DNA of 64,000 nucleotides from Candidatus Nanopelagicales bacterium (GCA_036796575.1 DAIRCR010000002.1:155393-219392), one strand, 5' to 3'. Positions 49,240 through 62,642 are shown, counted from the stretch's first letter. The notes: a model not told the origin generated them from the letters alone. Numbers and translations are program-made.

Positions 49240-49422
49240 TTACTTAACCTCCTCAACACTGACCAAGTGACGAACGGTGTTAACCATGCCACGAATTTCT
49301 GGACGATCTTCTTTAACAACGGTGTCGCCAATTCGCTTCAAGCCAAGTGAGCGCAAGGTGTCGCGCTGATTCTGCTTGCCGCCAATTTCAGACTTCAACT
49401 GAGTTACTTTAAGTTGTGCCAT
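49240..49422 (-). CDS. rpmD: 50S ribosomal protein L30
   Basis: [20 protein letters not shown]. Confidence 0.96.
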   Translation of the reverse strand: MAQLKVTQLKSEIGGKQNQRDTLRSLGLKRIGDTVVKEDRPEIRGMVNTVRHLVSVEEVK

Positions 49423-50036
49423 TACGCACCGACCTTTTCTGCATTCGCACGAAGTAAGGCAGCCGGAGCAACCTGATCAAGCGGCAGACCACGGCGAGCA
49501 GCAACCTGCTCTGGGCGTTCTAGCATTTTCAGTGCAGCAACTGTTGCATGAACAATGTTGATTGCGTTGTCAGATCCAAGTGACTTAGAAAGAACGTCAT
49601 GGATGCCAGCGCACTCAAGTACTGCGCGAACTGGTCCACCAGCAATAACACCAGTACCTGGAGCTGCTGGACGAAGCATTACAACTCCAGCTGCAGCCTC
49701 ACCCTTAACTGGATGCGGGATTGTTGCTTGGATGCGAGGAACAGAGAAGAAATTCTTCTTTGCTTCTTCAACGCCCTTAGCGATTGCGGCAGGAACTTCT
49801 TTAGCCTTGCCGTAGCCCACGCCTACACGACCGTCGCCGTCACCGACAACAACTAGAGCGGTGAAGCTAAAGCGACGACCACCCTTTACAACTTTGGATA
49901 CACGGTTGATAGCAACTACGCGTTCTACGAATGCGCTCTTCTCGGCAGGTGCCGAAGAGCGATCATTACGATCACGACGTTCGCGACGATCGGTACCGCC
50001 TTCGCGAGTTTCACCACCACGTTGGTTAGCAGCCAT
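49422..50036 (-). CDS. rpsE: 30S ribosomal protein S5
   Basis: [19 protein letters not shown]. Confidence 0.99.
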   Translation of the reverse strand: MAANQRGGETREGGTDRRERRDRNDRSSAPAEKSAFVERVVAINRVSKVVKGGRRFSFTALVVVGDGDGRVGVGYGKAKEVPAAIAKGVEEAKKNFFSVPRIQATIPHPVKGEAAAGVVMLRPAAPGTGVIAGGPVRAVLECAGIHDVLSKSLGSDNAINIVHATVAALKMLERPEQVAARRGLPLDQVAPAALLRANAEKVGA

Positions 50037-50063
50037 AATAACTTTTCCTACTTCCTTCGTGAC

Positions 50064-50444
50064 TTAGAAATCGAGGCCGCCCTCGCGGGCGCCATCAGCT
50101 AGGGCCGCAATACGACCGTGGTACTTGTTACCACCGCGGTCGAATACGACTGTTGAAATACCGGCTTGCTTTGCACGTTCTGCAACAAGTTTGCCGACCT
50201 CGCGGGCCTTAGCGCTCTTGTCATCTGACTTGCTCTTCAAGGTCTTTTCCATTGTTGATGCGTAAGCAAGTGTGTGACCTGCAACATCGTCAACGACCTG
50301 GACCGAGATGTGACGAGCAGAACGGTTAACAACCATGCGTGGACGCGCAGTTGTTCCCGAAAGCTTTTTACGAACTCGAGTGTGGCGACGCTTACGCGCT
50401 ACCGCCTTCTTGTTACCTGAACCTAATTTGGCTACGACAGACAT
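50064..50444 (-). CDS. rplR: 50S ribosomal protein L18
   Basis: [23 protein letters not shown]. Confidence 0.98.
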   Translation of the reverse strand: MSVVAKLGSGNKKAVARKRRHTRVRKKLSGTTARPRMVVNRSARHISVQVVDDVAGHTLAYASTMEKTLKSKSDDKSAKAREVGKLVAERAKQAGISTVVFDRGGNKYHGRIAALADGAREGGLDF

Positions 50445-50446
50445 GA

Positions 50447-50989
50447 TTACTTCTTGCCAGCCTTTCCAGCCTTGCGACGAATAACTTCGTCTGAATAACG
50501 GATACCTTTTGCCTTGTATGGATCTGGCTTACGAAGTTTGCGAAGGTTTGCGGATACTTCGCCAACCTGCTGCTTGTCGATACCTGATACATGCAATTTT
50601 GTTGGAGTCTCAACTGTGAATGTGATGCCTTCTGGGGCAGTCACTTTCACTGGGTGTGAGAAACCAAGTGCAAATTCAAGAGTGTTTCCCTGAGCTGCAA
50701 CACGGTAACCAGTTCCGGAAATCTCCAAAGTCTTTGAATAACCTTCGGTAACTCCAGTGATCATGTTTGCAACCAATGTGCGAGTTAGACCGTGACGAGC
50801 ACGACTTTCGCGCTCATCGTTTGGACGGACAACTGAAAGCTGACCATCTTCTTCGCGAGAAACTGAGATTGGCTCAACAACAACATGTGAAAGCTGACCC
50901 TTAGGTCCCTTTACTGTGATGTTTGAACCATCAATAGTTACGTCTACCCCACTTGGGATAGTGATTGGCATACGACCGATACGTGACAT
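50447..50989 (-). CDS. rplF: 50S ribosomal protein L6
   Basis: [17 protein letters not shown]; start moved to ATG 50989. Confidence 0.98.
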   Translation of the reverse strand: MSRIGRMPITIPSGVDVTIDGSNITVKGPKGQLSHVVVEPISVSREEDGQLSVVRPNDERESRARHGLTRTLVANMITGVTEGYSKTLEISGTGYRVAAQGNTLEFALGFSHPVKVTAPEGITFTVETPTKLHVSGIDKQQVGEVSANLRKLRKPDPYKAKGIRYSDEVIRRKAGKAGKK

Positions 50990-51000
50990 GGCAGGCTCCC

Positions 51001-51399
51001 TTACCAGACGTAGGCGAGAACTTCTCCACCTACGCCCTTCTGTGCACACTGCTTGTCAGTTAAAAGACCTGTTGATGTTGAAATGATTGCCACACCAAGT
51101 CCGCCAAGTACGCGAGGAAGAGCGGTGCTCTTTGCGTACACGCGAAGACCTGGCTTGGAAACACGACGGACACCGGCGATTGAACGCTCGCGGTTTGGTC
51201 CGTACTTCAAGCTGATGTTAAGAGTCTTGCCAACTGGCGCATCTGCAATGTCAAAGCTTCCGATGTAACCCTCACGCTTAAGGATTTCAGCGATGTGCTC
51301 TTTCATTTTGGAATGCGGCATTGACACGGACTCGTGGTGAGCCGAGTTTGCATTGCGAACACGCGTTAGCATGTCTGCAATTGGGTCGGTCATAGTCAT
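51001..51399 (-). CDS. rpsH: 30S ribosomal protein S8
   Basis: [29 protein letters not shown]. Confidence 0.99.
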   Translation of the reverse strand: MTMTDPIADMLTRVRNANSAHHESVSMPHSKMKEHIAEILKREGYIGSFDIADAPVGKTLNISLKYGPNRERSIAGVRRVSKPGLRVYAKSTALPRVLGGLGVAIISTSTGLLTDKQCAQKGVGGEVLAYVW

Positions 51400-51454
51400 T
51401 GGCTTATCGCCCTTCTCGTCGCGGTATCCCTAAGGACCTACGTCGTTGTTGTTG

Positions 51455-51640
51455 TTACCAGGAGCTCTTAGTGATACCTGGAAGTTCGCCAGCATGTGCC
51501 ATCTCACGGAAGCAAATACGGCATAGGCCGAACTTGCGGTAAACCGAATGAGGACGACCGCAGCGCTGGCAGCGGGTGTAACCACGAACTTTGAACTTCG
51601 GGGTTTCGTTGGATTTGTTCCTAAGACCGGTTTTCGCCAT
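51455..51640 (-). CDS. rpsN: 30S ribosomal protein S14, zinc-binding type Z
   Basis: 61 aa; CQRCGR and CRIC. Confidence 0.98.
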   Translation of the reverse strand: MAKTGLRNKSNETPKFKVRGYTRCQRCGRPHSVYRKFGLCRICFREMAHAGELPGITKSSW

Positions 51641-51643
51641 GAC

Positions 51644-52207
51644 TTAAGCCTCCTTGAATGGGAAGCCCAGGTGCTTAAGTAGCGCCCGACCTTCAGCATC
51701 GTTTGCAGCAGTTGTAACCAAGGTGATGTCCATACCACGCTGGCGATCTACTGAGTCTGGATTGATTTCGTGAAACATAACCTGCTCGGTTAGCCCGAAG
51801 GTGTAGTTGCCATTGCCATCAAATTGCTTTGGAGATAGACCACGGAAGTCACGGATACGTGGCAGAGCCAGTGTCAGTAGACGATCTAGGAATTCCCACA
51901 TACGGTCACCGCGAAGCGTTACGTGTGCACCAATTGGCATACCTTCACGAAGCTTGAACTGTGCAATTGAAAGACGTGCCTTAGTTACCTGAGGCTTTTG
52001 TCCGGTGATTGAAGTTAGATCGCGGATTGCGCCTTCGATCAACTTTGAGTCACGAGCAGCTTCGCCAACACCCATGTTCACAACGATCTTGGTAAGACCT
52101 GGAACCTGCATTGCGTTTGCAAATTGGAACTCAGTTGTAAGCGCAGGAACGATTTCCTCGCGGTACTGAGCCTTTAGGCGTGGAGTTACTTTGACATCAG
52201 TAGACAT
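51644..52207 (-). CDS. rplE: 50S ribosomal protein L5
   Basis: [23 protein letters not shown]. Confidence 0.99.
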   Translation of the reverse strand: MSTDVKVTPRLKAQYREEIVPALTTEFQFANAMQVPGLTKIVVNMGVGEAARDSKLIEGAIRDLTSITGQKPQVTKARLSIAQFKLREGMPIGAHVTLRGDRMWEFLDRLLTLALPRIRDFRGLSPKQFDGNGNYTFGLTEQVMFHEINPDSVDRQRGMDITLVTTAANDAEGRALLKHLGFPFKEA

Positions 52208-52554
52208 TAGATGTCCTTTCCGGTGCTACGAGCAACACGAACGCCACGGGAGCCTTCGTAAGTTGTGCCGTCAGTACGATTCTTAGTTACTGTGTCGCGA
52301 CGAGCGCCAACCTTAGTTGGCTTGCCATCAACAAGTAGCTGAACGTTTGAAACGTGAATTGGTGCTTCGATTGTTTCGATGCCACCGACTACAACACCTT
52401 TAGTTGTCTGTTCTTTACGAACGTGACGCTTCATACGGTTTACGCCTTCAACGATTACCTTGTTACGGTCTTCGAATACTGCAAGTACGGTGCCCTTAGA
52501 GCCCTTGTCCTTGCCAGCGATTACCAATACTTCATCACCAGTTTTGATTTTCAT
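52207..52554 (-). CDS. rplX: 50S ribosomal protein L24
   Basis: [22 protein letters not shown]. Confidence 0.97.
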   Translation of the reverse strand: MKIKTGDEVLVIAGKDKGSKGTVLAVFEDRNKVIVEGVNRMKRHVRKEQTTKGVVVGGIETIEAPIHVSNVQLLVDGKPTKVGARRDTVTKNRTDGTTYEGSRGVRVARSTGKDI

Positions 52555-52922
52555 TACAAAACCTCCGGTGCTAGCGAGATGATCTTCATGAACTTCTTAT
52601 CGCGAAGTTCACGACCAACTGGGCCAAAGATACGGGTGCCACGAGGCTCGCCGTCAGCCTTAAGAATGACTGCTGCGTTTTCGTCGAAGCGGATGTAGGA
52701 ACCATCTGGACGTCGGCGTTCCTTCTTGGTACGCACGATAACGGCCTTGATGACATCGCCCTTTTTGACGTTGCCACCAGGGATCGCGTCCTTGACTGTA
52801 CCGACGACAACATCGCCGATACCTGCATAGCGACGGCCGGAACCACCGAGAACACGGATAACCAAGATTTCCTTGGCACCTGTGTTGTCAGCGACTCTTA
52901 GTCGCGACTCTTGCTGAATCAC
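52554..52922 (-). CDS. rplN: 50S ribosomal protein L14
   Basis: [23 protein letters not shown]. Confidence 0.99.
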   Translation of the reverse strand: MIQQESRLRVADNTGAKEILVIRVLGGSGRRYAGIGDVVVGTVKDAIPGGNVKKGDVIKAVIVRTKKERRRPDGSYIRFDENAAVILKADGEPRGTRIFGPVGRELRDKKFMKIISLAPEVL

Positions 52923-52937
52923 TTTTGATCCCTACCC

Positions 52938-53201
52938 TTACTTAGCCTTCTCGAGGATCTCAACCATGCGCCAGCGCTTGGTAGCACTGAGTGGTCGAGT
53001 TTCCATCAACAGAACACGATCGCCAATGCCAGCGGCATTAGCTTCGTCATGTGCTTTTAGCTTGTTTGTGCGACGCACAACCTTGCCATAAAGCGGATGC
53101 TTAAATCGGTCTTCAACTGCAACGACGATGGTCTTATCCATCTTGTCGCTAACAACTAAACCTTCGCGAACCTTGCGGTCGCCGCGCTCGTCTACGCTCA
53201 T
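52938..53201 (-). CDS. rpsQ: 30S ribosomal protein S17
   Basis: [20 protein letters not shown]. Confidence 0.98.
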   Translation of the reverse strand: MSVDERGDRKVREGLVVSDKMDKTIVVAVEDRFKHPLYGKVVRRTNKLKAHDEANAAGIGDRVLLMETRPLSATKRWRMVEILEKAK

Positions 53202-53431
53202 GCTGCACCCTCATTGCTTTCAACCGGCGTGATACCCAATTCGCGTTCGCGCATCACGGTGTACAGACGGGCAATTTCCTTGCGGACTGCACGTAGACGG
53301 CCATGGCTTTCAAGCTGACCGGTGGCAGCCTGGAATCGTAGGTTAAATAGTTCTTCTTTGGCTTCGCGCAACTTTGAAACTAGTTCATCGTTAGCTAGAC
53401 CGCGTAAGTCAACTGTGCTTGTTGTAGGCAT
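53198..53431 (-). CDS. rpmC: 50S ribosomal protein L29
   Basis: [14 protein letters not shown]. Confidence 0.97.
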   Translation of the reverse strand: MPTTSTVDLRGLANDELVSKLREAKEELFNLRFQAATGQLESHGRLRAVRKEIARLYTVMRERELGITPVESNEGAA

Positions 53432-53844
53432 TAGATCTCCTCACGTGCAACGATGCGGCACTTCATCGGCAATTTGTGCATTGCGCGAGTAAGGGCTTCG
53501 TGCGCGACTTTCTCGTTAGGGAAAGCAATCTCAAACATCACGCGACCTGGCTTAACGTTTGCTACCCACCATTCAGGAGAACCCTTACCGGAACCCATTC
53601 GAGTTTCAGCAGGCTTCTTTGTAAGTGGGCGGTCTGGATAAATGTTGATCCAAACTTTTCCACCACGACGAATGTGACGGGTCATTGCGATACGAGCGGA
53701 CTCGATTTGACGGTTAGTAACGTATGCCGGCTCCATTGCCTGCAGACCCCACTGACCGAAAGTTACAGCGTTGCCACCCTTTGATGCGCCGTGGCGATCT
53801 GGGTGATGCTGCTTACGGTGCTTAACGCGACGTGGAATTAACAT
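53431..53844 (-). CDS. rplP: 50S ribosomal protein L16
   Basis: RQIESAR, RMGSGKG. Confidence 0.99.
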   Translation of the reverse strand: MLIPRRVKHRKQHHPDRHGASKGGNAVTFGQWGLQAMEPAYVTNRQIESARIAMTRHIRRGGKVWINIYPDRPLTKKPAETRMGSGKGSPEWWVANVKPGRVMFEIAFPNEKVAHEALTRAMHKLPMKCRIVAREEI

Positions 53845-53846
53845 GC

Positions 53847-54671
53847 TTATGCACCTTCCGTTACTGGAGCAGCTTCGACAACTGGAGCAGCCGCACCGCT
53901 TGGTGCGGCGTCAACTGCTGGTGTTGCGGCAGCTGAACTTGCACCTGTTGAAGCGCTACGTGGAGCACGAGGTGCTCGAGTTGCTGGCCGCGCACGTGCA
54001 GCTGCTGCTGCCTGCTCACGTTCGGTGCGGGTTCCAAGAGCATCGCCCTTGTAGATCCATACCTTTACGCCGATGCGACCAAAAGTTGTACGTGCTTCAT
54101 AGAAGCCGTAATCGATGTCTGCGCGAAGTGTGTGCAATGGCACGCGACCTTCACGGTAGAACTCACGACGTGACATTTCAGCACCACCAAGACGGCCGGA
54201 AACCTGGATACGAATACCCTTTGCTCCACCCTTAAGTGCGGACTGCATTGCCTTCTTCATCGCGCGACGGAATGAAACGCGGCTGGAAAGCTGTTCTGCA
54301 ACACCCTGCGCAACAAGTTGTGCTTCGATTTCTGGGTTCTTAACTTCCAGAACGTTTAGCTGTACTTGCTTGCCAGTTAGCTTTTCTAGCTTTCCGCGAA
54401 TGATGTCTGCTTCTTGACCACGGCGACCGATAACGATGCCTGGACGTGCGGTGTGAATGTCAACGCGAACTCGGTCACGAGTACGTTCGATTTCCACACG
54501 AGCAATACCGGCACGTTCCATGCCTTCAGTCATAAGTTTGCGGATCTTTACATCTTCAGCAACGTAGTCGCGGTAGCGCTCGCCAACCTTTGATGAATCT
54601 GCAAACCACTTTGAGCGGTAATCAGTTGTGATGCCGAGGCGGAAGCCATACGGATTAATTTTCTGACCCAT
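53847..54671 (-). CDS. rpsC: 30S ribosomal protein S3
   Basis: [32 protein letters not shown]. Confidence 0.99.
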   Translation of the reverse strand: MGQKINPYGFRLGITTDYRSKWFADSSKVGERYRDYVAEDVKIRKLMTEGMERAGIARVEIERTRDRVRVDIHTARPGIVIGRRGQEADIIRGKLEKLTGKQVQLNVLEVKNPEIEAQLVAQGVAEQLSSRVSFRRAMKKAMQSALKGGAKGIRIQVSGRLGGAEMSRREFYREGRVPLHTLRADIDYGFYEARTTFGRIGVKVWIYKGDALGTRTEREQAAAAARARPATRAPRAPRSASTGASSAAATPAVDAAPSGAAAPVVEAAPVTEGA

Positions 54672-54676
54672 GGTGA

Positions 54677-55045
54677 CTATCCCTTCTTCTGGGAGTCAAC
54701 GGACTCGACGACGATTGTGATGTGGCTAGTGCGCTTCAAGATCTGGCTTGCGCGACCCTGGGCACGTGGACGGAAACGCTTCATTGTTGGACCCTCATCG
54801 ACAAATGCCTGAGTGATAACAAGTGTGCGTGCATCCAAGTTGTAGTTGTTAGTTGCGTTAGCAATTGCGCTACCGACAACCTTGCCAATTGGCTCACTTG
54901 CAGCTTGTGGCGCAAAGCGAAGAAGTGTCTGTGCTTCTTGCGCGTTCATTCCACGGATCATGTCGATTACTCGACGTGCCTTTTGTGGTGTGACGCGAAC
55001 GAAACGTGCCTGCGCACGAGCCGAGTTTGTTGTTAAAGCTTCCAT
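54677..55045 (-). CDS. rplV: 50S ribosomal protein L22
   Basis: [24 protein letters not shown]. Confidence 0.98.
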   Translation of the reverse strand: MEALTTNSARAQARFVRVTPQKARRVIDMIRGMNAQEAQTLLRFAPQAASEPIGKVVGSAIANATNNYNLDARTLVITQAFVDEGPTMKRFRPRAQGRASQILKRTSHITIVVESVDSQKKG

Positions 55046-55053
55046 CACTGTCC

Positions 55054-55335
55054 CTACTTACGCTTTGCTTTGCGATCGTCCTTCACGTGACCCTTGAAGG
55101 TACGTGTTGGTGCGAATTCACCGAGCTTGTGGCCAACCATGTCTTCAGTTACGAAAACTGGAACATGCTTGCGTCCGTCATGAACAGCCAGAGTGTGGCC
55201 GAGCATGGCAGGAGAAATTACTGAGCGGCGTGACCAGGTCTTGATCACGTTCTTGGTTCCCTTTTCATTTTGATCGTCGACCTTCTTTAGAAGGTGTCCG
55301 TCAATGAATGGACCTTTTTTCAGGCTACGTGGCAT
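55054..55335 (-). CDS. rpsS: 30S ribosomal protein S19
   Basis: [17 protein letters not shown]. Confidence 0.99.
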   Translation of the reverse strand: MPRSLKKGPFIDGHLLKKVDDQNEKGTKNVIKTWSRRSVISPAMLGHTLAVHDGRKHVPVFVTEDMVGHKLGEFAPTRTFKGHVKDDRKAKRK

Positions 55336-55346
55336 CTCAATAACTC

Positions 55347-56183
55347 CTAGCGCTTCTTGCCGGTCTTGCGGCGACGGACGATCATCTTGTCGCTGGCCTT
55401 ATTGGCTGCACGAGTACGACCTTCTGCTTTACCGTTTGGATTCACTGGGTGACGTCCACCGGAAGTCTTACCTTCACCACCACCATGTGGGTGATCGACA
55501 GGGTTCATTGCAACACCGCGGACGGTTGGGCGCTTGCCCTTCCAACGCATACGGCCAGCTTTACCCCAGTTGATGTTTGACTGTTCTGCGTTACCAACTT
55601 CACCGATGGTTGCGCGGCAGCGAGCATCTACGTTGCGGATTTCGCCAGATGGCATACGCAGTTGTGCGTAAGGTCCATCTTTTGCAACTAGCTGAACAGA
55701 AGTTCCTGCGCTACGAGCAATCTTTGCTCCGCCACCTGGACGAAGTTCGATCGCGTGAATCACAGTACCTACTGGGATGTTGCGAAGTGGCAAGTTGTTG
55801 CCAGGCTTGATGTCAGCAGCTGGACCGGTTTCGATGCGGTCGCCTTGCTTTAGCTTGTTAGGCGCAATGATGTAACGCTTCTCGCCATCTGCGTAATGCA
55901 AGAGTGCAATACGAGCAGTACGGTTTGGATCGTATTCGATGTGTGCAACCTTTGCTGGTACACCATCTTTGTCATTGCGACGGAAGTCGATTAGACGATA
56001 AGCGCGCTTGTGACCGCCACCTTGGTGACGAGCTGTTACACGACCGGCGTTGTTACGGCCACCCTTGCTGTGAAGCGGGCGTACCAATGACTTTTCTGGC
56101 GTTGAACGCGTGATTTCGACGAAGTCGGCAACACTTGAGCCACGACGGCCCGGAGTAGTCGGCTTGTACTTACGGATTCCCAT
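55347..56183 (-). CDS. rplB: 50S ribosomal protein L2
   Basis: [23 protein letters not shown]. Confidence 0.99.
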   Translation of the reverse strand: MGIRKYKPTTPGRRGSSVADFVEITRSTPEKSLVRPLHSKGGRNNAGRVTARHQGGGHKRAYRLIDFRRNDKDGVPAKVAHIEYDPNRTARIALLHYADGEKRYIIAPNKLKQGDRIETGPAADIKPGNNLPLRNIPVGTVIHAIELRPGGGAKIARSAGTSVQLVAKDGPYAQLRMPSGEIRNVDARCRATIGEVGNAEQSNINWGKAGRMRWKGKRPTVRGVAMNPVDHPHGGGEGKTSGGRHPVNPNGKAEGRTRAANKASDKMIVRRRKTGKKR

Positions 56184-56212
56184 TTGAGTTTCCCTGTCCT
56201 ATTCTCGTCCGG

Positions 56213-56515
56213 TTACGAAACCGGACCACCAAAGATGTCGATACGGTCGCCAGCTGCAACAGTTACGATTGCACGCTTGGTGTCGGCACGCTTGCCAAAA
56301 CCTGTACGTGTACGCATTGTCTTGCCGCGGCGATTGATTATGTTTACGCCAGTCACCTTTACGTTGAATACTTCTGCAACCGCAATCTTGATTTGGGTCT
56401 TGTTAGCATCCGGACGAACGATGAATGTGTACTTGTTCTCATCCAGTAGTGCGTAGCTCTTTTCAGAGATAACTGGCGAGATAAGAATGTCGCGTGGATC
56501 GTAGATAGTTGTCAT
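56213..56515 (-). CDS. rplW: 50S ribosomal protein L23
   Basis: PVISEKS, ANKTQIK, KRAIVT. Confidence 0.97.
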   Translation of the reverse strand: MTTIYDPRDILISPVISEKSYALLDENKYTFIVRPDANKTQIKIAVAEVFNVKVTGVNIINRRGKTMRTRTGFGKRADTKRAIVTVAAGDRIDIFGGPVS

Positions 56516-56518
56516 GAC

Positions 56519-57193
56519 TTACGCCTCTACTTCGTTGGATCCAGCAACAGCCTTTGCGGACTTACCGCGAGCTGGACCTGCAACCAGGGCTTCAAGTGCT
56601 GCCTTTGTGAAGACAACATCATCGGACTTAAGTACGTCGTAAGTATTTAGTTGATCAACAGCAAGCAAGTGGATTGCATCTACGTTGCGTAGGCTCTTCC
56701 AACTTACGAAGTCTGTGCGATCCACAACTACCAAGATGTTCTTTGCAGTTGATACTGCATTGATTGCAGCAAGTGCCTGCTTAGTTGATGGAGCGTCACC
56801 TTCGACGACTGAAGAAAGCACATGAATGTTGCCATTGCGTGCGCGATCTGAAAGTGCGCCACGAAGTGCTGCAGCCTTCATTTTCTTAGGAGTGCGCTGA
56901 TCGTAATCGCGTGGGTGTGGTCCGTGCGTGATACCACCACCGCGGTACTGAGGTGCACGAATCGAACCCTGACGGGCGCGACCGGTTCCCTTTTGCTTGA
57001 AAGGCTTCTTACCTGAACCGGAAACTTCGCCACGACGCTTTGTGTCGTGAGTTCCCTGGCGAGCAGCTGCAAGCTGTGCAACGACAACTTGGTGAAGCAA
57101 TGGAATGTTTGTCTGCACATCAAAGATGTCTGCAGGTAGTTCCACTGTTCCGGCGGCTTTGCCAGCTGGTGTCTTAACGTCTACTGATGCCAT
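56519..57193 (-). CDS. rplD: 50S ribosomal protein L4
   Basis: [22 protein letters not shown]. Confidence 0.98.
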   Translation of the reverse strand: MASVDVKTPAGKAAGTVELPADIFDVQTNIPLLHQVVVAQLAAARQGTHDTKRRGEVSGSGKKPFKQKGTGRARQGSIRAPQYRGGGITHGPHPRDYDQRTPKKMKAAALRGALSDRARNGNIHVLSSVVEGDAPSTKQALAAINAVSTAKNILVVVDRTDFVSWKSLRNVDAIHLLAVDQLNTYDVLKSDDVVFTKAALEALVAGPARGKSAKAVAGSNEVEA

Positions 57194-57197
57194 GACG

Positions 57198-57842
57198 TTA
57201 TGCTCCCTTCGCTGCGGAACGAAGTAGAACTACTGAGCCTGCAGGTCCAGGAATTGCACCCTTAACCAAGATCAGACCCTTTTCGGTATCTACTGCGTGA
57301 ACCTTTAGGTTCTGTGTTGTCTGAGTGATGCCACCCATACGACCTGACATTCGAACGCCCTTGAAAACACGTCCCGGTGTTGCACAAGCTCCAATGGAGC
57401 CTGGCTTGCGGTGGTTTTTGTGAGCACCGTGGGATGCGCTTACGCCAGAGAAGCCGTGACGCTTCATAGTTCCTGCGAAACCTTTACCCTTGGTGACGCC
57501 AGTTACGTCGATGTTGCTGCCAGCTTCAAAAGTGTCAGCGCCAAGTTCCTGGCCAAGTGCGTAATCTGATGCATCGTCGAAACGAAGTTCAAGTAGGTGA
57601 CGACGTGGAGTAACGCCAGCCTTGGCAAAGTGTCCAAGCATTGGCTGAGTTACCTTACGTGGGTCAATCTGACCGAAAGCAATTTGGACGCCTGAGTAAC
57701 CGTCGTTTTCTGGCGTGCGAACTTGTGTGACAACACAAGGTCCTGCCTTAACTACGGTTACGGGAACAACGCGGTTGTTCTCGTCCCATACCTGGGTCAT
57801 GCCAAGCTTTTCGCCCAGGATGCCCTTCTTATTGATAGCCAT
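57198..57842 (-). CDS. rplC: 50S ribosomal protein L3
   Basis: KLGMTQ, KGKGFAG, RKPGSIG. Confidence 0.99.
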   Translation of the reverse strand: MAINKKGILGEKLGMTQVWDENNRVVPVTVVKAGPCVVTQVRTPENDGYSGVQIAFGQIDPRKVTQPMLGHFAKAGVTPRRHLLELRFDDASDYALGQELGADTFEAGSNIDVTGVTKGKGFAGTMKRHGFSGVSASHGAHKNHRKPGSIGACATPGRVFKGVRMSGRMGGITQTTQNLKVHAVDTEKGLILVKGAIPGPAGSVVLLRSAAKGA

Positions 57843-57856
57843 AATGTTCTATGTCC

Positions 57857-58165
57857 CTACAGCTTGATCTCAATATCAACACCGGCAGGCAAGTCAAGAC
57901 GCATAAGCGAATCCACTGTCTTAGGTGTTGGATCGATGATGTCGATAAGTCTCTTGTGTGTGCGCATCTCGAAGTGCTCGCGTGAGTCTTTGTACTTGTG
58001 CGGAGAACGGATGACACAGTAAATGTTCTTCTCAGTTGGCAGCGGCACGGGACCGGCGACTTTCGCGCCAGTAGGAGTGACGACCTCAACGATTTTGCGC
58101 GCTGAAGAGTCAATGACCTCGTGATCGTAGGCCTTGAGCCTGATGCGGATCTTTTGTCCAGCCAT
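57857..58165 (-). CDS. rpsJ: 30S ribosomal protein S10
   Basis: [24 protein letters not shown]; start moved to ATG 58165. Confidence 0.99.
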   Translation of the reverse strand: MAGQKIRIRLKAYDHEVIDSSARKIVEVVTPTGAKVAGPVPLPTEKNIYCVIRSPHKYKDSREHFEMRTHKRLIDIIDPTPKTVDSLMRLDLPAGVDIEIKL

Positions 58166-58283
58166 GTGGCTTGACCATCCTTTACTTCTAGTTTCTTCTG
58201 CCAATAAGGGGTCTTGCATTGTTTGGAATTTGGTTACCCGCTAGGGATGCCAAACTTTCAAACACTTTCAGTTTTGCTTGGTA

Positions 58284-58309
58284 GTTGGTGGCCCTTTCGG
58301 GCCACCAAC
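58284..58309 (-). terminator. GAAA-tetraloop hairpin downstream of tuf (no U-tract)
   Basis: Minus strand GTTGGTGGCCC-GAAA-GGGCCACCAAC, perfect 11-bp stem. Confidence 0.5.
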
Positions 58310-58346
58310 CAACTCAAACGGTTGTCTTGCTTAGATCAGTAAGTAA

Positions 58347-59540
58347 TTACTTGATGATCTTGGTTACGCGACCGGCGCCAACAGTGCGGCCACCTTCGCG
58401 GATTGCGAAACGCAGACCTTCGTCCATAGCGATTGACTGAATCAACGCAACGGTCATTTCAGTGTTGTCGCCAGGCATAACCATTTCGGTTCCGCTTGGA
58501 AGCGTTACTACACCAGTTACGTCCGTGGTACGGAAGTAGAACTGTGGACGGTAGTTGTCGAAGAATGGTGTGTGACGGCCGCCTTCATCCTTGGAAAGGA
58601 TGTAAACGTTCGCTTCGAAGTCAGTGTGAGGATTAACTGAGCCTGGGTGGCAAACAACCTGGCCACGCTCAATGTCTTCACGCTTGGTTCCACGAAGAAG
58701 TAGACCTACGTTTTCGCCAGCGCGACCTTCATCAAGAAGTTTGCGGAACATTTCGACACCGGTAACGGTTGTCTTCTGAATGTCTGGACGAATACCTACG
58801 ATTTCAACTTCTTCGTTGACCTTGACGATGCCCTGTTCGATACGACCAGTAACAACGGTTCCACGACCTGTGATGGTGAAAACGTCTTCAACTGGCATAA
58901 GGAATGGCTTATCAACTTCACGAGCTGGAGTTGGGATGTAAGTGTCAACAGCAGTCATTAGATCAAGAATTGACTGACCCCACTTTGCATCACCCTGAAG
59001 TGCTGGGAATGCAGCTACGCGAACAACAGGAATGTCGTCGCCTGGGAATTCGTAGGCACTTAGAAGTTCACGAACTTCCATTTCTACAAGTTCAATCAGT
59101 TCTTCGTCGTCAACCATGTCGCACTTGTTTAGCGCAACAACGATTGCAGGAACGCCAACCTGACGAGCAAGTAGAACGTGTTCCTTGGTCTGAGGCATTG
59201 GGCCGTCAGTCGCTGCAACTACAAGAATTGCACCGTCCATCTGTGCCGCGCCGGTGATCATGTTCTTGATGTAGTCCGCGTGACCTGGGCAGTCAACGTG
59301 CGCATAGTGACGCACTTCTGTCTGGTACTCAACGTGGGCGATCGAAATCGTGATACCGCGCTGACGCTCTTCAGGTGCCTTATCGATCATGTCGAAAGGT
59401 GTGAATGGGTTTACATCTGGGTATGCATCGTGCAGCACCTTAGTGATGGCAGCAGTCAGCGTTGTCTTGCCGTGGTCGATGTGACCGATGGTGCCGATGT
59501 TTACGTGCGGTTTTGTCCGCTCAAACTTCGCCTTTGCCAC
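58347..59540 (-). CDS. tuf: Elongation factor Tu
   Basis: [18 protein letters not shown]. Confidence 0.99.
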   Translation of the reverse strand: MAKAKFERTKPHVNIGTIGHIDHGKTTLTAAITKVLHDAYPDVNPFTPFDMIDKAPEERQRGITISIAHVEYQTEVRHYAHVDCPGHADYIKNMITGAAQMDGAILVVAATDGPMPQTKEHVLLARQVGVPAIVVALNKCDMVDDEELIELVEMEVRELLSAYEFPGDDIPVVRVAAFPALQGDAKWGQSILDLMTAVDTYIPTPAREVDKPFLMPVEDVFTITGRGTVVTGRIEQGIVKVNEEVEIVGIRPDIQKTTVTGVEMFRKLLDEGRAGENVGLLLRGTKREDIERGQVVCHPGSVNPHTDFEANVYILSKDEGGRHTPFFDNYRPQFYFRTTDVTGVVTLPSGTEMVMPGDNTEMTVALIQSIAMDEGLRFAIREGGRTVGAGRVTKIIK

Positions 59541-59624
59541 GGTGGGTCCTCCTGGATCCTTGTGCTGTCTGTCAGAGTGACCTTCACTCCGGCAGGTTTT
59601 TTATTTCTTTTGGCCTGTGGGCCG

Positions 59625-61745
59625 TTACTCGCCCCGGGCCTTCGAGACAATTTCTGTCTGAACGCTGGCGGGAACTTGGGCGTACTGCGCGAACTCCATG
59701 GAGTAGCTAGCACGTCCCTGAGTACGACTACGAAGATCTCCCACATAGCCGAACATTTCTGACAACGGAACTAGAGCCTTGACTACGCGAGAGCCGAAGC
59801 GCTCGTCCATAGCCTGAATCTGTCCGCGTCGAGAGTTAAGGTCGCCGATGACATCACCCATGAAGTCTTCAGGGGTGGTTACTTCGACGCTCATAAGTGG
59901 TTCAAGAATTACTGGACCAGCGCTGCGAACGCCTTCCTTGAATGCTTGAGTACCAGCAAGTTTGAATGCAAGTTCAGAAGAGTCAACGTCGTGGTAAGCA
60001 CCGTCAAGAAGTGTTACCTGAACATCAACCATTGGGTAACCAGCTAGAACGCCGTTTTCCATTGCATCTTGGCAACCAGCATCAACTGATGGAATGTATT
60101 CGCGAGGAATGCGTCCACCAGTGATCTTGTTGATGAATTCGTATCCGCCCTTTGCGGTTTCGTCGCCATCGATTGGCTTGTTTGGAGCAATCGCAATTTG
60201 AACCTTTGCGAACTGTCCGGATCCACCTGTTTGCTTCTTGTGGGTGTAATCGATGCGATCAACGTTCTTAGTGATGGTTTCGCGGTAAGCAACCTGTGGC
60301 TTACCAACGTTTGCTTCCACGTTGAATTCACGCTTCATGCGGTCAACCAAAATTTCCAAGTGAAGTTCGCCCATTCCAGCAATGATGGTCTGGCCGGTTT
60401 CTTCGTCGGTGTGCACGCGGAATGTTGGATCTTCATCCGACAGACGCTGAATAGCAACACCAAGTTTGTCTTGGTCGCTCTTTGTCTTTGGTTCAATCGC
60501 AACTTCGATAACCGGAGCTGGGAAAGTCATTGACTCAAGAATGATTGGATTCGCTGGATCGCAAAGTGTTTCGCCAGTTGTGGTGTCCTTAAGACCCATT
60601 ACTGCAACGATGTCGCCTGCGCCTACAGCTGAAATTTCTTCACGCTTGTTCGCATGCATTCGGTAAATCTTTCCGATGCGCTCCTTGCGTTCCTTAACTG
60701 AGTTAAGAACCTGGGAGCCAGCTTCTAGACGTCCGGAGTAAACGCGAACGTAAGTTAGCTTGCCAAGGTGTGGATCAGTTGCAATCTTGAATGCAAGTGC
60801 AGCAAGTGGTTCGCTGTCACTTGGAGTGCGAAGCATTTCTTCTTCTGGCTTGTTTGGCTTGTGGCCAGTTACACCTTCAACGTCTAGTGGTGATGGCAGG
60901 TAACGGATGACCGCATCAAGCATTGGCTGAACGCCCTTGTTCTTGAAAGCAGTTCCGGTAACGATTGGAACTGCGCCACCTGAAAGTGTTACGCGACGGA
61001 TTGCATCATGGATGTCATCCTCGGTAAGAGAGTCTGCGTCTTCGAAGAACTTCTCCATGAAAACTTCGTCATTCTCTGCAATGGTTTCAAGCATGGTCTG
61101 ACGGAATTCATCAGCCTGGGCTTGTAGGTCAGCAGGAATTGGTTCAAGAACATAATCTTCGCCGATTGCAGTTTCGCCGCGCCAAACCATGGCCTGCATG
61201 CGAATCAAATCAACTAGACCAATGAAGTCACCTTCAGCACCGATTGGAAGCTGAAGGATAAGTGGGTTAGCACCTAGACGATCCTTGATCATGCCTACGC
61301 ACATGAAGAAGTCTGCACCTGTGCGGTCAAGCTTGTTTACGAAACAAATACGCGGAACGCTGTACTTGTTTGCCTGACGCCAAACGGTTTCGGATTGTGG
61401 TTCAACACCAGCAACGCCATCGAATACTGCAACTGCGCCGTCAAGAACGCGAAGTGAGCGCTCTACTTCAACAGTGAAGTCAACGTGACCTGGTGTGTCA
61501 ATGATGTTGATCGTGTGATCTTTCCAAGTACATGTGGTGGCAGCTGAGGTGATTGTGATGCCACGCTCTTGCTCTTGTTCCATCCAGTCCATGGTTGCTG
61601 CACCTTCGTGCACTTCACCGATCTTGTAGTTGATTCCGGTGTAGAACAAGATGCGCTCGGTCGTCGTGGTTTTGCCCGCGTCGATGTGCGCCATGATCCC
61701 GATGTTGCGGGTCTTGGCGAGGTCAAGCGATGTTTCGGTAGCCAC
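59625..61745 (-). CDS. fusA: Elongation factor G
   Basis: [25 protein letters not shown]. Confidence 0.99.
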   Translation of the reverse strand: MATETSLDLAKTRNIGIMAHIDAGKTTTTERILFYTGINYKIGEVHEGAATMDWMEQEQERGITITSAATTCTWKDHTINIIDTPGHVDFTVEVERSLRVLDGAVAVFDGVAGVEPQSETVWRQANKYSVPRICFVNKLDRTGADFFMCVGMIKDRLGANPLILQLPIGAEGDFIGLVDLIRMQAMVWRGETAIGEDYVLEPIPADLQAQADEFRQTMLETIAENDEVFMEKFFEDADSLTEDDIHDAIRRVTLSGGAVPIVTGTAFKNKGVQPMLDAVIRYLPSPLDVEGVTGHKPNKPEEEMLRTPSDSEPLAALAFKIATDPHLGKLTYVRVYSGRLEAGSQVLNSVKERKERIGKIYRMHANKREEISAVGAGDIVAVMGLKDTTTGETLCDPANPIILESMTFPAPVIEVAIEPKTKSDQDKLGVAIQRLSDEDPTFRVHTDEETGQTIIAGMGELHLEILVDRMKREFNVEANVGKPQVAYRETITKNVDRIDYTHKKQTGGSGQFAKVQIAIAPNKPIDGDETAKGGYEFINKITGGRIPREYIPSVDAGCQDAMENGVLAGYPMVDVQVTLLDGAYHDVDSSELAFKLAGTQAFKEGVRSAGPVILEPLMSVEVTTPEDFMGDVIGDLNSRRGQIQAMDERFGSRVVKALVPLSEMFGYVGDLRSRTQGRASYSMEFAQYAQVPASVQTEIVSKARGE

Positions 61746-61795
61746 TTACTCTCTCGTCTCTTTGTCTTGTTCTGTCGGTTCGGAAAATTCTTGGA

Positions 61796-62266
61796 TTACC
61801 AGCGGTAATGTGCGAAGGCCTTGTTGCTTTCAGCCATCTTGTGTGTGTCTTCACGCTTCTTAACTGCAGCACCTAGACCATTTGATGCGTCAAGGATTTC
61901 GTTCATTAAGCGTTCGGTCATTGTCTTCTCGCGACGAGCGCGGGAGTAACCAACTAACCAACGAAGTGCAAGTGTGTTTGCACGTCCTGGCTTAACTTCG
62001 ATTGGAACCTGGTAAGTTGCGCCACCAACGCGACGGCTACGGACTTCTAAAGTTGGGCGAACGTTGTCTAGTGCGCGACGAAGTGTCTGCACTGGATCTG
62101 TTCCAGTCTTTTCGGCGCAGCCTGAAAGCGCGCCGTAAACGATTGATTCTGCAGTGGACTTTTTGCCGTGCAACAAAATCTTGTTAACAAGCTGAGTAAC
62201 TACTGGTGACTGGTAAACCGGATCGACAATAATTGGTCGCTTCGGAGCTGGACCCTTACGTGGCAT
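61796..62266 (-). CDS. rpsG: 30S ribosomal protein S7
   Basis: [19 protein letters not shown]. Confidence 0.99.
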   Translation of the reverse strand: MPRKGPAPKRPIIVDPVYQSPVVTQLVNKILLHGKKSTAESIVYGALSGCAEKTGTDPVQTLRRALDNVRPTLEVRSRRVGGATYQVPIEVKPGRANTLALRWLVGYSRARREKTMTERLMNEILDASNGLGAAVKKREDTHKMAESNKAFAHYRW

Positions 62267-62267
62267 A

Positions 62268-62642
62268 TCAGCTCTTCTCCTTCTTTGCGCCGTAGCGGCT
62301 ACGCGCCTGCTTACGGTTCTTTACGCCCTGAGTATCAAGAGCGCCACGGATGATTTTGTAACGAACGCCGGGAAGATCCTTAACACGACCACCACGAACC
62401 AGCACGATTGAGTGCTCCTGGAGGTTGTGACCTTCACCTGGGATGTAGGCAGTTACTTCAGCACCACTAGTCAGACGTACACGAGCTACCTTGCGAAGCG
62501 CAGAGTTCGGCTTCTTAGGTGTTGTTGTGTACACACGCGTGCAGACGCCACGGCGCTGCGGGCTGCCCTTAAGAGCAGGCGTGGTGTTCTTCGTGACCTT
62601 GTCCTGTCGGCCCTTGCGGACCAACTGCTGGATCGTTGGCAC
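62268..62642 (-). CDS. rpsL: 30S ribosomal protein S12
   Basis: [27 protein letters not shown]; GTG start at 62642. Confidence 0.99.
   Translation of the reverse strand: MPTIQQLVRKGRQDKVTKNTTPALKGSPQRRGVCTRVYTTTPKKPNSALRKVARVRLTSGAEVTAYIPGEGHNLQEHSIVLVRGGRVKDLPGVRYKIIRGALDTQGVKNRKQARSRYGAKKEKS

Noticed and set aside
35507-54671. Low-complexity extensions on S9, L17 and S3
   Set aside because: Common in actinobacterial ribosomal proteins; not novel
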